Both the position numbers and the translations under genes were made by a program. The notes beneath the pieces are model-generated. The model worked only from the letters and a program-made list of their open reading frames with translations, was not told the DNA's origin and ran no database searches. Source: Elusimicrobiota bacterium (GTDB lineage Bacteria > CG03 > SLGR01 > JAGXOG01). Taken from it: a stretch of DNA of 64,000 nucleotides. The stretch covers positions 16,221 to 80,220 of the forward strand of contig JBNJDT010000003.1 in the NCBI GenBank assembly GCA_051745145.1, given 5' to 3'. Below, in pieces: positions 19,334-29,214 of this stretch (positions are counted from its first letter, which is position 1; the number at the start of each line of letters is the position of its first letter).

Positions 19334-20691
19334 AGTAAAACCGCACTGGCAATTGCAAAATATATTCCCAGACCGGCTATATCTATTACAGGGGTAATTA
19401 CCGGCCCTGTAGCTACAGCCGGATCAATGCCGAACTTTTTAAAGACAAAGGGCAGACATACTCCGATTGTAGCTCCCAGTACCATTACCAGCCCTATACT
19501 GCTTCCGGTTACTATTCCAATTTTAGAGGCACTTTCTAAAGCTCCATACCTCAACCAGGACAAAAGGCCAAGCAAAACCGCATACCCGGCACTTAAAATA
19601 AGACCTATTCCAAACTCTTTTAAAAGAATTTTTCCAATCCGGCCGGAGTTAATTTTACCCAGGGCAAACCCCCTTACCATAACCGTTGAGGACTGTACTC
19701 CCACAGTTCCCCCCATATGCATAATAACGGGTATAAAAGCAGCCAGGGCAACCACACTTTCCAGAGTGGCCTCGTACCTTCCTATAACTCCCGACGCCGC
19801 CAGACCGCCAAGATACGCTAAAAACAACCAGGGGAGGCGGGTTTTAAGGGTACCTGCAAGACTGGACTTTTTAAAGTCGTCCGGGTCCACTCCCGACATC
19901 ATGGCTATATCTTCTTCGGTTTCCTGATGAATTACATCCACTATATCATCTATAGTTATAACCCCCAGCAGCTTGCCTCTCTTACTGACTACCGGCACGG
20001 AGAGAAGATCGTAATGGGTAAACAGCCGGGCCACTTCTTCCTGGTCCTGGTCAGCGTAAACCTGTATACTATCCACCGGCTTTGCCAGCTGCTCTATAGA
20101 CTTATCCGGATCTGCAGTAACAAGTCGCTGAAGGGAAAGGCCGCCGGTTAAATTATCCTTACCGTCTACCACATAAAGGGCGTAGATATTTCTGACTTTT
20201 TTGCTGGACAGATTGCTGTTTAATTTTAGAAGGGCGTCCCGGGCGGACATTTTTGGATTTAATTTTACAAATTCCGTGGTCATCTTTCCCCCGGCCGTCT
20301 CCACCCCGTAAGCCATCAGTTCTTTTACATTTTTAACCTCACTTTCCTCCATGAGATCAAAAAATTTCTTAGATCGGCGGGAGGATAACTTATCAAAAAA
20401 GTCCACTCTTTCATCGGAAGCCATCCGGTTTAAAACGGGAATGATCTGTCCGGTTTTAAATTTTTTTACCAGGAATTTCTGCTGTTTAAAATTTAATCTC
20501 TCAAAGAGTTCAACCTTCTTTGAAAACTCAATATTATCAAAAACAACCTGTTTTTCTGTATTAGAAAGACTTTCCCAGCCCCGGGCAATATCTACTACCG
20601 GCTGTACTTTAAGAATCCTTTTTAAATCCTCAAAATTTTTGTTTTTTATGGCTTGCCTTATTTCCGGAATGTAGAGTGCTAATTTTTCCAT
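19330..20691 (-). CDS. mgtE: Magnesium transporter MgtE (paralog 2)
   Basis: Same architecture as neighbour ('DLLSVPVVSKRGKLLGVITIDDIVDVI'); 4-nt overlap with paralog 1. Confidence 0.9.
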   Translation of the reverse strand: MEKLALYIPEIRQAIKNKNFEDLKRILKVQPVVDIARGWESLSNTEKQVVFDNIEFSKKVELFERLNFKQQKFLVKKFKTGQIIPVLNRMASDERVDFFDKLSSRRSKKFFDLMEESEVKNVKELMAYGVETAGGKMTTEFVKLNPKMSARDALLKLNSNLSSKKVRNIYALYVVDGKDNLTGGLSLQRLVTADPDKSIEQLAKPVDSIQVYADQDQEEVARLFTHYDLLSVPVVSKRGKLLGVITIDDIVDVIHQETEEDIAMMSGVDPDDFKKSSLAGTLKTRLPWLFLAYLGGLAASGVIGRYEATLESVVALAAFIPVIMHMGGTVGVQSSTVMVRGFALGKINSGRIGKILLKEFGIGLILSAGYAVLLGLLSWLRYGALESASKIGIVTGSSIGLVMVLGATIGVCLPFVFKKFGIDPAVATGPVITPVIDIAGLGIYFAIASAVLL

Positions 20692-20856
20692 CCTGTATAT
20701 ATATAGTCCTTTAATACTTTAGTTTAAATACATCTAAAATCGTTTGAAAGTTTAACATTTTAAAACTTAAAAAGCAAGATAAAATTTATAGCTGAAATAC
20801 CGGAATCCGGGGGAGATAAAACCAGCTTTTTTAAGAGAATAAATAAAAATTTGAAT

Positions 20857-21906
20857 TTAGATAATTTTTCGGAATCCCCTGGTTCTTTTTACCGATTTAC
20901 CGGCCTGCCGGGCAATATTTTTCACGCAGGAGGCACACTTTTCTGGTTTTTCAAACAGGCAGATTTTATTATCGTACAGTTTATAATTTTTTCTGTATTT
21001 TCCGGGCGTGCAGTTGGGCATTATTACATTCGCCCCCGACCCCAGGGCCTTCTCTCTGCCTGAAGGATCCAGCGTCCCCATGGCCGTTGTCGCCGGGATA
21101 TTGGGATTCTTCATAAGTAATCTTATCATGGCCAGGACTTTAAGGGTAAGAAAAAAATCTTTTCCCGGACGGTTTTTAAAAATAGTATCCCGGTGAGGTA
21201 AAAAAGGGCCGATCCCCACCATATCCGCATCCAGCCGGTTAAAGTAAAAGATATCCTCCACCAGGGATTCCCTGCTCTGCCCGGGCAGACCTACCATATT
21301 CCCGGTTCCCGTTTCATATCCCAGTTTTTTTAAATCATCCAGACACTTTTTCCGGTTATCCAGAGACGAATCGGGATGAAGCCGGTTATACAGACCGGGG
21401 TCCGTAGTCTCTATACGCAGAAGATACCTGTCGGCCCCGGCATCCTTAAATTTTTGGTAACTTTCAAAAGATTTTTCCCCCGCCGAAAGAGTCAAAGCTA
21501 CATCATAGCGGTTTTTTATCTCTTTAATGATATCAACCATAACCTCATCACTGTAATAAGAGTCCTCTCCCGACTGAAGAATAACAGTTTTAATCTCATT
21601 TTCCACAATATACCCGGCCGATTTTAATATTTCTTCCGGGCTCATCCGGTACCTTGTTATGTTCTTATTATCCCGGCGTATTCCGCAGTACCTGCAGTTT
21701 TTCTTACAGTAATTGGAAAACTCTATTATTCCCCTCAGGTATACGTCATCCCCGTAAACTGACCTGCAAATTTTATCCGCACAGTTAAAAACAGGCTGAA
21801 ATTCTTCCCTGTTTTGGATATTAATTAAATAGATAAAATCCTGTTTGGAATAATTTCCGTCTTCAATTTTTTTTAATATTTTTTGGACCTGTCCTGTTTT
21901 AGACAT
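20857..21906 (-). CDS. hydE: [FeFe]-hydrogenase maturase HydE (radical SAM)
   Basis: 349 aa; CxxxCxxC 'CKKNCRYC'; biotin-synthase-like; adjacent to hydG/hydF. Confidence 0.85.
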   Translation of the reverse strand: MSKTGQVQKILKKIEDGNYSKQDFIYLINIQNREEFQPVFNCADKICRSVYGDDVYLRGIIEFSNYCKKNCRYCGIRRDNKNITRYRMSPEEILKSAGYIVENEIKTVILQSGEDSYYSDEVMVDIIKEIKNRYDVALTLSAGEKSFESYQKFKDAGADRYLLRIETTDPGLYNRLHPDSSLDNRKKCLDDLKKLGYETGTGNMVGLPGQSRESLVEDIFYFNRLDADMVGIGPFLPHRDTIFKNRPGKDFFLTLKVLAMIRLLMKNPNIPATTAMGTLDPSGREKALGSGANVIMPNCTPGKYRKNYKLYDNKICLFEKPEKCASCVKNIARQAGKSVKRTRGFRKII

Positions 21907-21913
21907 ACTTAAA

Positions 21914-23335
21914 TTAAAAATAAAGGTCCCTGGCCCCGTTTTTGGTCTTTTCGTAATATTTTTTAAATCTAGAGTAGATATCGGGCATATCTTTCTTAAT
22001 CTCCTCTATCTCCTTTTGGATAAGCTTTTCCCCTTTTTTTCGGGTCTCTTCAGTGGCAAAATCATCCAGCCACTCCCGGAAAGTAAGGACTGCGTTGAGT
22101 TTGCAGTATTCACTCTCCTGCCCGCACCTTAACATTTTCATTATGTTTTTACCTGTTCTCCCGCACCTGTATCCGGCCGTACAGTAAGAAGTGATAAACC
22201 CCCGGTCTATAAGCTCCCGGGTAACCTGATCCAGACTCCGGGTATCCCCCAGCAGAAACTGCTGTCTGTCCTCTTTTTGTCCGGCCGAAGAATTATAGCC
22301 CCCCAGACCTATCCTGGTAGAAGCGTCGGTCTGGGTTATACCCCTGTATAACGCCCGGCTTCTTATGCCTGCCGGCTCTCTGGCGGTTATTATAAGCCCG
22401 GTGTAGGGTACGGCCAGTCTCAATACGGTTATAAGTTTAAGAAAATTGCTGTCCGATACCTGATATTTTGAATTTTTAGTTAAAGGGGCATTCATAGCCG
22501 GCTCCAGGCGGGGAAAAGATATGGTGTGGGGCCCAATCCCGAATTTATATTCCAGCTCCAGAGAATGACAGACCAGTCCCATAACCTCAAATTTCCAGTC
22601 ATAAAGTCCAAATAACGCTCCTATACCCACATCGTCTATCCCGGCCTTAAAGGCCCGGTGCATACACTCCAGTCTCCACCTGTAATCGGATTTCTGGGTC
22701 TGCCGGGGATGTACTTTCCGGTAAGTATCCCGGTGATAGGTTTCCTGAAACACCTGGTAGGTTCCGATTCCCACTTCTTTAAGCTCCCTCAATTCCTCCA
22801 CTGTCAGGGGGGGAGCATTGACGTTCACCCTCCGTATTTCGCCGGTGCTTCGGGGGCCGGTCTTAACTTGATAAATTGCCCGGATGGTCTTTTTCATATA
22901 TTCAATATCCGTTTCTGGATGCTCCCCGTAAACCACAATTAATCTTTTATGTCCTATTTCACCGGCCAGCTTTTCTACCTCTTTCTTTACTTCTTTTGTA
23001 GATAGAGCCCGTCTTTTAACCTCCCGGTTGGATTTTCTAAAGGCGCAGTAAAGACAATCATTTACACACAGGTTGCTTATATAAAGTGGGGCAAAAGTAA
23101 CTATCCGGTTATCATAAACTTTCTTTTTTATCTTTAAAGCCGCCTCTTTCATCTCCTCTAAAAGCCGGGGATCATTTACATTTATAAGGGCTGCGGTCTG
23201 GGATGGAGACAGAGATTCAAGGGCCAGAGATTTTTTTATTATATCCCTTATCCTCGATGGATCGGGATTCTTATTCTTTGCCAATTTGCTGCGTATAAGA
23301 TCTCCGTCTATAAAATTTCTTATTTTTTGATTCAT
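21914..23335 (-). CDS. hydG: [FeFe]-hydrogenase maturase HydG (radical SAM tyrosine lyase)
   Basis: ThiH-like; 'CVNDCLYCAF' radical SAM site and C-terminal second cluster 'CTAGYRCGRTG...RCGQ'; start taken at MNQKIRNF preceded by GGAGA RBS (ORF extends to 23386). Confidence 0.85.
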   Translation of the reverse strand: MNQKIRNFIDGDLIRSKLAKNKNPDPSRIRDIIKKSLALESLSPSQTAALINVNDPRLLEEMKEAALKIKKKVYDNRIVTFAPLYISNLCVNDCLYCAFRKSNREVKRRALSTKEVKKEVEKLAGEIGHKRLIVVYGEHPETDIEYMKKTIRAIYQVKTGPRSTGEIRRVNVNAPPLTVEELRELKEVGIGTYQVFQETYHRDTYRKVHPRQTQKSDYRWRLECMHRAFKAGIDDVGIGALFGLYDWKFEVMGLVCHSLELEYKFGIGPHTISFPRLEPAMNAPLTKNSKYQVSDSNFLKLITVLRLAVPYTGLIITAREPAGIRSRALYRGITQTDASTRIGLGGYNSSAGQKEDRQQFLLGDTRSLDQVTRELIDRGFITSYCTAGYRCGRTGKNIMKMLRCGQESEYCKLNAVLTFREWLDDFATEETRKKGEKLIQKEIEEIKKDMPDIYSRFKKYYEKTKNGARDLYF

Positions 23336-23339
23336 TTCT

Positions 23340-24587
23340 CTATTCTCCTTCCCCGCTTTTTTTGAAAATATTAAGAGCTTCTTCAAATGGCGAAAGCACT
23401 CTTTCTAAAACCCCGTGAACCCGGGATATAAGAACCCCGTAATTGGTAACCGGTACTCCCTGGCTTTTAGCTTTTTGAATCCTGGATAACATAAATCTCC
23501 GGTTTATCATACATCCCCCGCAGTGAACGATAATACTGTATTTTTCTAAATTATCGGGATAATTTTTTCCGGTGCTTACATCGAATTTCAAATTTTTTCC
23601 GGTATACTTTCTTATCCACCGGGGAATCTTAACCCTTCCTATATCATCTTCAGTGGGATGGTGGGTACAGGCTTCGGCAATTAAAACCCGATCATCATCT
23701 TTTAAATTATCCACCTGAGCTACCCCCCTTACCATCTCGGATAAGTCCCCCTTGTTCCTGGAGAATATTATAGAAAAAGTAGTGCAGGGTATATTATCCG
23801 GAGTCTCTTCTACCATTTTATCAACCACCTGGGAATCGCATATAACTATCTGCGGGGATCCGGTTATCCGGTCAAGCACCTTGGGATATTCAGTCTCTTT
23901 GGTAACCACCACAGAAGAGTCGCTGTCTAATATATCCCTTATGGTCTGAACCTGGGGTAATATTAACCGTCCTTTGGGGGCGGCTATATCTATGGGCGTT
24001 ATAAGTACTCCCATACCCCCTTTCTCTAACAGGTCGCCGGCAAGGGGCGGGGGAAAGATAAAATCTTCCGGACATATGTTTATCAATATATCCTTAAAAT
24101 CAGTGGTAAATTTATCCCGGCCGGCGGCCTCCTTGCTGCTGCCGGTCATAACGTTTTCCGTCTCTTTACCGATTTTTTCTAAAAATTCCGGTGACGGTTT
24201 CTCTAAATCTATCTTATTTACAACAACCATCAGGGGAATATCCCGGTGGCCGGCACGCCGGACTATGTCCTGTTCATATTTTCCCCACTGTCCGGGCGTG
24301 GTTATCAAAACTATAACATCGGCCCGGTCAATTATCTTCCGGGTACCGGTCAGCCTTTTCCCGGCAAGCGAAGATTTATCGTCTATACCTGCAGTATCTA
24401 AAAAGAGAACCGGCCCCAGGGGACGAAGCTCCATCTTCTTTTCCACCACATCCGTAGTTGTCCCCGGCTTAGAATCAGTTATAGCCGAATTCTGGCCGGT
24501 AACTAAATTCATAAAGCTGGATTTCCCCACGTTCATCCGGCCGGTTAGAGCAATATGTAATCTTACGGAATCTGGTGCTTTTTTCAT
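23340..24587 (-). CDS. hydF: [FeFe]-hydrogenase maturation GTPase HydF
   Basis: 415 aa; N-terminal GTPase 'GRMNVGKSS', 'DTAG', 'NKID'; C-terminal CxH...HCxxC Fe-S site ('CTHH...HCGGC'). Confidence 0.85.
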   Translation of the reverse strand: MKKAPDSVRLHIALTGRMNVGKSSFMNLVTGQNSAITDSKPGTTTDVVEKKMELRPLGPVLFLDTAGIDDKSSLAGKRLTGTRKIIDRADVIVLITTPGQWGKYEQDIVRRAGHRDIPLMVVVNKIDLEKPSPEFLEKIGKETENVMTGSSKEAAGRDKFTTDFKDILINICPEDFIFPPPLAGDLLEKGGMGVLITPIDIAAPKGRLILPQVQTIRDILDSDSSVVVTKETEYPKVLDRITGSPQIVICDSQVVDKMVEETPDNIPCTTFSIIFSRNKGDLSEMVRGVAQVDNLKDDDRVLIAEACTHHPTEDDIGRVKIPRWIRKYTGKNLKFDVSTGKNYPDNLEKYSIIVHCGGCMINRRFMLSRIQKAKSQGVPVTNYGVLISRVHGVLERVLSPFEEALNIFKKSGEGE

Positions 24588-24736
24588 TTGCTTTCCCCTT
24601 ACTTTTATCCTGACCGGTGCCCCATTTTACCGGGTACAAGAGTATTTACCTATCGTTTTTCTTTCCGGAAAAATATTTTACTGTTACGGAGGGCACGGTA
24701 ATTCATTCTAACTTTATCTTAACCCGGTGCTAAAAT

Positions 24737-26497
24737 TTATTTTTTATAGACAGGTCTTGCCTTATACTCGTTATGGAGCAATTTTTCAGATTTTTTACCC
24801 AGCGGTTTATCCAAAAATTCTTCATAGAGCTTCTTTACATACGGGTTTTCATGGGAATATCTTATCTTATGTTCTTTATCGTCGTTATAAAGACCCCGGG
24901 CTCTCTCTTCTCTTAATTTATCATCCACCCCGTAAGGCTGTCCCCCTCCCCCGATGCAACCGCCGGGACAGGCCATTACCTCAATAAAATGGTAGGGGGT
25001 TTCCCGGCCCGCGGCTTTAGCTTCTTTTACCCTTTCTATCACAGTTTCGACATTCCCTATTCCGTGAGCTATAGCAGCCCGAACCTGCGTGCCGTCTATA
25101 TCTATATTGGCCTCTTTTACCCCTTTTAACCCCCTCACTTCCTTGATTTCTACCTGCTTTAAATTTTTACCGGTAATAAATTTATGAGACGTTCTTAAAG
25201 CTGCTTCCATTACTCCTCCCGTAGCTCCGAATATTACTCCGGCCCCGGTATATTCTCCGAGAATATGGTCCGGTTCTTCCCCGGGGAGGTGCTTAAACCT
25301 TATATCCGCCTGCCTTATCATCCGGGCCAGCTCCCGGGTGGTAAGAACCACATCCACATCCGGGTGGCCGGAAGCGGACATCTCTTCGCTTCTTGTTATT
25401 TCATATTTTTTTGAAGTGCAGGGCATTATCGAGACCATATAAATATCCTCTGGATCTATACCTTTCTGTTTTGCGTAATAAGTTTTAGATAGCACTCCCA
25501 GTATCTGGTGGGGAGACTTACATGAAGAAAAATGTTCGATCATATCCGGATAATACTTTTCCATGTAATTTACCCAGGAGGGACAGCAGGTAGTTATAAG
25601 AGGCAGCCGGGCTTTATTATTTTGAAACTTTTCCTTAAATTCCGTGGCTTCTTCCATTATGGTAACATCGGCCCCGAAACTTGTATCAAAGACCCCCTGG
25701 AAACCGAGCCGTTTTAATAGAGCGTACAGCTTTTTAGCCAGGTTGGTACCCGGAGGATAATAAAATTCCTCCCCGATTCCCACTCTTACTGCCGGGGCAA
25801 TCTGGGCCACACAGTGTTTTTCCGGATCCATAAGAGCATCCCAGACTTTCCGGGTCTCATCGTATTCAAAGATTGCGCCGGTGGGACAGTGCGCGGAACA
25901 CTGGCCGCATTTTATACACGGGGACTCGGCGAGCTCTATATCACCGCTGGAAGAAATCCGGGTGTAAAATCCTCTCTCTAAAAAAGAGAGAGCCCATACA
26001 TCCTGCAACTGTTGACATACCTGTACGCATCTGCCGCACAGTATGCATTTCTCGGGAACCAGTTCAATCGCTTTTGTAGAATTGTCCGCCGGTAAATCTC
26101 TTAATCTTTTTTCAAAAGACTCCTCTCTTATGCCGAAATCGGAGGCCAGGGACTGGAGTTCGCAGTTATTGTTCCGGCCGCAGGTCAAACAGTCGTCGGG
26201 GTGGTTGGAAAGAATAAGTTCAAGTATAGTTCTTCTTATACTTATTAATTCCGGATCCTGGGTAATAATATCCATCCCCTCCTGGAGAGGAGTGCAGCAG
26301 GCCCGGAAAATATTCCCGGAATCTCTCATTTTAACAACACATATCCCGCAACCGGCGGTAAAATCTAAATCCGAGTGTTTACATAAAGTGGGAATACCCA
26401 CGTGAACCTTTTTAGCAGCTTCTAATACAGTGGTCCCCTGTTTTACCTCTACATCTATCCCCGATATTTTTGCTTTTATTTTATTATTTACTGTCAT
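24737..26497 (-). CDS. hydA: [FeFe]-hydrogenase catalytic subunit HydA (group A3-like, multimeric)
   Basis: N-terminal 2Fe-2S ferredoxin fold, two 4Fe-4S motifs, H-cluster motifs 'TSCCPSW', 'MPCTSKKYE', '[12 protein letters not shown]'. Confidence 0.9.
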   Translation of the reverse strand: MTVNNKIKAKISGIDVEVKQGTTVLEAAKKVHVGIPTLCKHSDLDFTAGCGICVVKMRDSGNIFRACCTPLQEGMDIITQDPELISIRRTILELILSNHPDDCLTCGRNNNCELQSLASDFGIREESFEKRLRDLPADNSTKAIELVPEKCILCGRCVQVCQQLQDVWALSFLERGFYTRISSSGDIELAESPCIKCGQCSAHCPTGAIFEYDETRKVWDALMDPEKHCVAQIAPAVRVGIGEEFYYPPGTNLAKKLYALLKRLGFQGVFDTSFGADVTIMEEATEFKEKFQNNKARLPLITTCCPSWVNYMEKYYPDMIEHFSSCKSPHQILGVLSKTYYAKQKGIDPEDIYMVSIMPCTSKKYEITRSEEMSASGHPDVDVVLTTRELARMIRQADIRFKHLPGEEPDHILGEYTGAGVIFGATGGVMEAALRTSHKFITGKNLKQVEIKEVRGLKGVKEANIDIDGTQVRAAIAHGIGNVETVIERVKEAKAAGRETPYHFIEVMACPGGCIGGGGQPYGVDDKLREERARGLYNDDKEHKIRYSHENPYVKKLYEEFLDKPLGKKSEKLLHNEYKARPVYKK

Positions 26498-28614
26498 TCT
26501 CTTATTATCGCTCCGAATTTACATACTTCAAAACACTCACCGCAGCCGGTACATTCTTCGGCTGAAATTGTATATCCCTCTTCCCTGTTTCCGGTTATGG
26601 CCCCTACCGGGCAATTCCGGGCGCAAAGATCGCATTTACGGCAGACCTGCTGGTCTATACTGTAGTCTAATAAATCTCCACATTTTCCGGCTGCACACTT
26701 ATTTTCAGTTATATGTTCTATATACTCCTCTTTAAAATACCGGAGGGTAGATTTAACCGGATTGGGCGCGGTCTGCCCCAGGCCGCAAAGCGATGCTTTA
26801 GCCAGGGTATGAGAAATTCTTTCAATTTTTTCCAGATCTTCTTTGACCCCGTCTCCCCGGGTAATCCGCTCTAATACATTCAGCAGCTGATACCCCCCTA
26901 TCCGGCAGGGAATACATTTTCCGCAGGATTCATCGACACAAAATTTTAGGTAAAATTTAGCCACATCCACCATACAGTCATCCCCGTCCATTACTATCAT
27001 CCCCCCGGATCCCATTATAGAACCCAGCTCGGACAAACTTTCATAATCTACCGGGGTATCCAGATAATCACCGGGAATCACCCCGCCGGAAGGCCCTCCG
27101 GTCTGGACCGCCTTAATTTTACTGTCCGAACCCAGCCCCCCTCCCAGATTATAAACTATTTCGTTAAGGGTAGTACCCATGGGTACTTCCACCAGACCGG
27201 AATTTTTTACTTTACCGGTAAGGGCGAAAACTTTAGTCCCTTTTGATTTTTCCGTTCCAAACTTTGAAAACCAGTCTCCCCCGTTTACCAGTATCCGGGG
27301 GACATTAGCCAGAGTTTCTACGTTATTAATTACCGTAGGTTCCCCCCACAGTCCTTTTACCGAGGGATAGGGGGGTCTGGGTCTGGGGGTGCCTCTCTTC
27401 CCTTCTATGGAAGCTAAAAGAGCGGTCTCTTCCCCGCAGACAAAAGCTCCCGCCCCCAGCCGGACCTCTATATCAAAATCAAATCCGGACCCTAATATGT
27501 TTTCTCCCAAAATATTATAATCCCCGGCCTGATCGATGGCCCGGTAAATTCTCTTTATAGCCAGGGGGTATTCCGCTCTTATGTAAATAAAACCCTTATT
27601 GGCCCCCACCGCCATACCCGCAATTATCATGCCCTCTAAAATAGAATGGGGGTCCCCTTCTAAGATACTCCGGTCCATGTAGGCCCCGGGGTCCCCCTCA
27701 TCCCCGTTACATACTATATATTTTGTCCCGCTTTCCATCTTCCGGGCAAACTCCCATTTTCTCCAGGTAGGATACCCCCCTCCGCCTCTTCCCCGGAGTC
27801 CGGAAATTTTCAGTTCTTCTATAATATTTTCTCCGGCCAGCGCTTTTTCCAGACCTTTATAGCCCCCGGTCCCGATGTAATCATTAATATTTTCCGGATT
27901 TATTTTGCCGCAGTTTTTAAGCACAACTTTTTCATACTTGGCTTCCTTTTCTTCTAAAATCAAACTGGATATTTTTTTATCGTTAAGTACTGTTTTTTCC
28001 ACTATACCGGGAATATCTTCTTTTTTTATACCGGTATAAAAAATATTATCCGGCCATATCTTTAGGGAAATACCTTTATTGTAAATATCCAACACTTCGG
28101 TCTTTACAATCTGCATTCGGTCCCTAATATTTTTATCCCTTATTTCTCTTCTGAAAATTTCCAAGTACTTATCAATATTTTCACCATTTTCAACGCCTGT
28201 ATTTTTTATGAAAATAATCTTTTTATCTCTTTCTTTTTCAGGTAAATTTCCGGCATCTTTTAAGGATAATCCCTGCTCAGAAGAATAAACGTGGTCTTGT
28301 ATAATCTCTTTGTTATGGTAATGCCTGGATATTATATCCCCGGCAACTTCCTTATCCACATCCATATAGACAACTTTGGGCATCCCCTCGCCTATAACTT
28401 CCACAATCGGTTCGGCATAGCAGGCCCCCAGGCACCCGCTCTTTTTAAGTTCAATATTTAGTTCATTTTCAGCTATCTTACTCTCTAATTTCTCATAAAC
28501 CTCACCGGCACCGGCCGCTATACCGCAGCTGTTCATCCCCACAATTACAGTATTTTTCCGGGCGGTCTTTTTCTCTTTCCGTATATCTTTTATTTTTTTC
28601 AGGGTTTTATGCAT
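26494..28614 (-). CDS. hydB: NADH-binding flavoprotein subunit HydB (NuoF-like with N-terminal Trx-like 2Fe-2S and C-terminal 2x[4Fe-4S])
   Basis: '[16 protein letters not shown]' FMN/NADH motif, SLBB, 4Fe-4S; C-terminal '[12 protein letters not shown]...[11 protein letters not shown]'. Confidence 0.88.
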   Translation of the reverse strand: MHKTLKKIKDIRKEKKTARKNTVIVGMNSCGIAAGAGEVYEKLESKIAENELNIELKKSGCLGACYAEPIVEVIGEGMPKVVYMDVDKEVAGDIISRHYHNKEIIQDHVYSSEQGLSLKDAGNLPEKERDKKIIFIKNTGVENGENIDKYLEIFRREIRDKNIRDRMQIVKTEVLDIYNKGISLKIWPDNIFYTGIKKEDIPGIVEKTVLNDKKISSLILEEKEAKYEKVVLKNCGKINPENINDYIGTGGYKGLEKALAGENIIEELKISGLRGRGGGGYPTWRKWEFARKMESGTKYIVCNGDEGDPGAYMDRSILEGDPHSILEGMIIAGMAVGANKGFIYIRAEYPLAIKRIYRAIDQAGDYNILGENILGSGFDFDIEVRLGAGAFVCGEETALLASIEGKRGTPRPRPPYPSVKGLWGEPTVINNVETLANVPRILVNGGDWFSKFGTEKSKGTKVFALTGKVKNSGLVEVPMGTTLNEIVYNLGGGLGSDSKIKAVQTGGPSGGVIPGDYLDTPVDYESLSELGSIMGSGGMIVMDGDDCMVDVAKFYLKFCVDESCGKCIPCRIGGYQLLNVLERITRGDGVKEDLEKIERISHTLAKASLCGLGQTAPNPVKSTLRYFKEEYIEHITENKCAAGKCGDLLDYSIDQQVCRKCDLCARNCPVGAITGNREEGYTISAEECTGCGECFEVCKFGAIIRE

Positions 28615-29086
28615 TTTTCACCTTTTCTTTTTTAGTATACCGGGAAAGTATATCCGGTATATCCTCTTTTTCAACTTTACCGTAAACTTTTTCATCTATG
28701 GTAACCACGGGGGCCAGGCCGCAGCAGCCAAGACACCTTACTACATTTAACTGAAACAACCCGTCTTCGGTGGTCTCCCCTTCCTTTATATTTAAAATCT
28801 CCTCAAATTTTCTTAACAGATCCCCGGCCCCCTTAAGATAACAGGCCGTACCCATACAGATAGAAATGCTGTGTTCTCCAGGAGGTTCGAGCTTGAAATA
28901 ATTGTAGAACGTAAGAACCTCGTATATCCGGGCCAAAGGGACATCCAGCATTTGAGCCAGTACCATAGAAACATCCCTGGGTACATAACCGTACTTATTC
29001 TGGATTTCATGGAAGACCATAATAAGGTTTCCCTTTTTATCCTTCCATTTATCCACTATTTTTCTTAACTCTTGTTTTTTTTCCAT
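28607..29086 (-). CDS. hydC: NuoE-like [2Fe-2S] subunit HydC
   Basis: 159 aa; thioredoxin-like ferredoxin '[10 protein letters not shown]...CLGCCGLAP'. Confidence 0.88.
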   Translation of the reverse strand: MEKKQELRKIVDKWKDKKGNLIMVFHEIQNKYGYVPRDVSMVLAQMLDVPLARIYEVLTFYNYFKLEPPGEHSISICMGTACYLKGAGDLLRKFEEILNIKEGETTEDGLFQLNVVRCLGCCGLAPVVTIDEKVYGKVEKEDIPDILSRYTKKEKVKNA

Positions 29087-29108
29087 ATTTATTGTTCCTT
29101 TTTAATAC

Positions 29109-29126
29109 TTGTGAAAAATTTCACAA
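29109..29126. promoter_or_regulatory. Rex (redox-sensing repressor) operator TTGTGAA-AAAT-TTCACAA
   Basis: Perfect 18-bp palindrome matching the Rex consensus TTGTGAAnnnnTTCACAA; 23 nt upstream of hydC ATG; downstream of candidate sigma70 promoter. Confidence 0.7.
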
Positions 29127-29141
29127 ACTTTATTTACAAAC

Positions 29142-29169
29142 AATATAACAATTTTAAATATAATTTCAA
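29142..29169 (-). promoter_or_regulatory. Candidate sigma70 promoter of hydCBA-FGE (-35 TTGAAA / 16 nt / -10 TATATT)
   Basis: Read on minus strand; AGGA RBS 7 nt before hydC ATG; Rex box falls at about +9..+26. Confidence 0.4.
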
Positions 29170-29214
29170 ATTTTTTTACAGCTGGAGTAACTGTTAGTTC
29201 TAAATCAATATTAT

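Noticed and set aside
20800-20815. CCGGAATCCGG palindrome after hydE as a rho-independent terminator
   Set aside because: It is only a 4-5 bp stem with a sub-minimal loop and no downstream U-tract.
20692-20856. Possible M-box (Mg2+) riboswitch upstream of the mgtE pair
   Set aside because: Read on the mRNA strand, the region lacks the conserved M-box core and is simply AT-rich. Only a weak TTGCTT-17-TAAACT promoter-like element is visible. A covariance-model scan would be needed to be certain.
23974-24711. 245-aa + strand ORF
   Set aside because: Antisense to hydF; no recognisable domains. hydF's conservation explains the open frame.
26494-28614. HydB being a fusion with an extra enzymatic domain
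   Set aside because: The ~80 extra residues lie between the Trx-like domain and the NuoF core and show no cysteine or nucleotide-binding motif I could recognise. This is most likely an extended linker, so it is mentioned only within the hydrogenase finding.
29110-29125. CRP/FNR-type site TGTGA-N6-TCACA
   Set aside because: The palindrome extends to TTGTGAA-N4-TTCACAA and lies downstream of the candidate promoter, so a Rex operator is the better interpretation than an activator CRP site.
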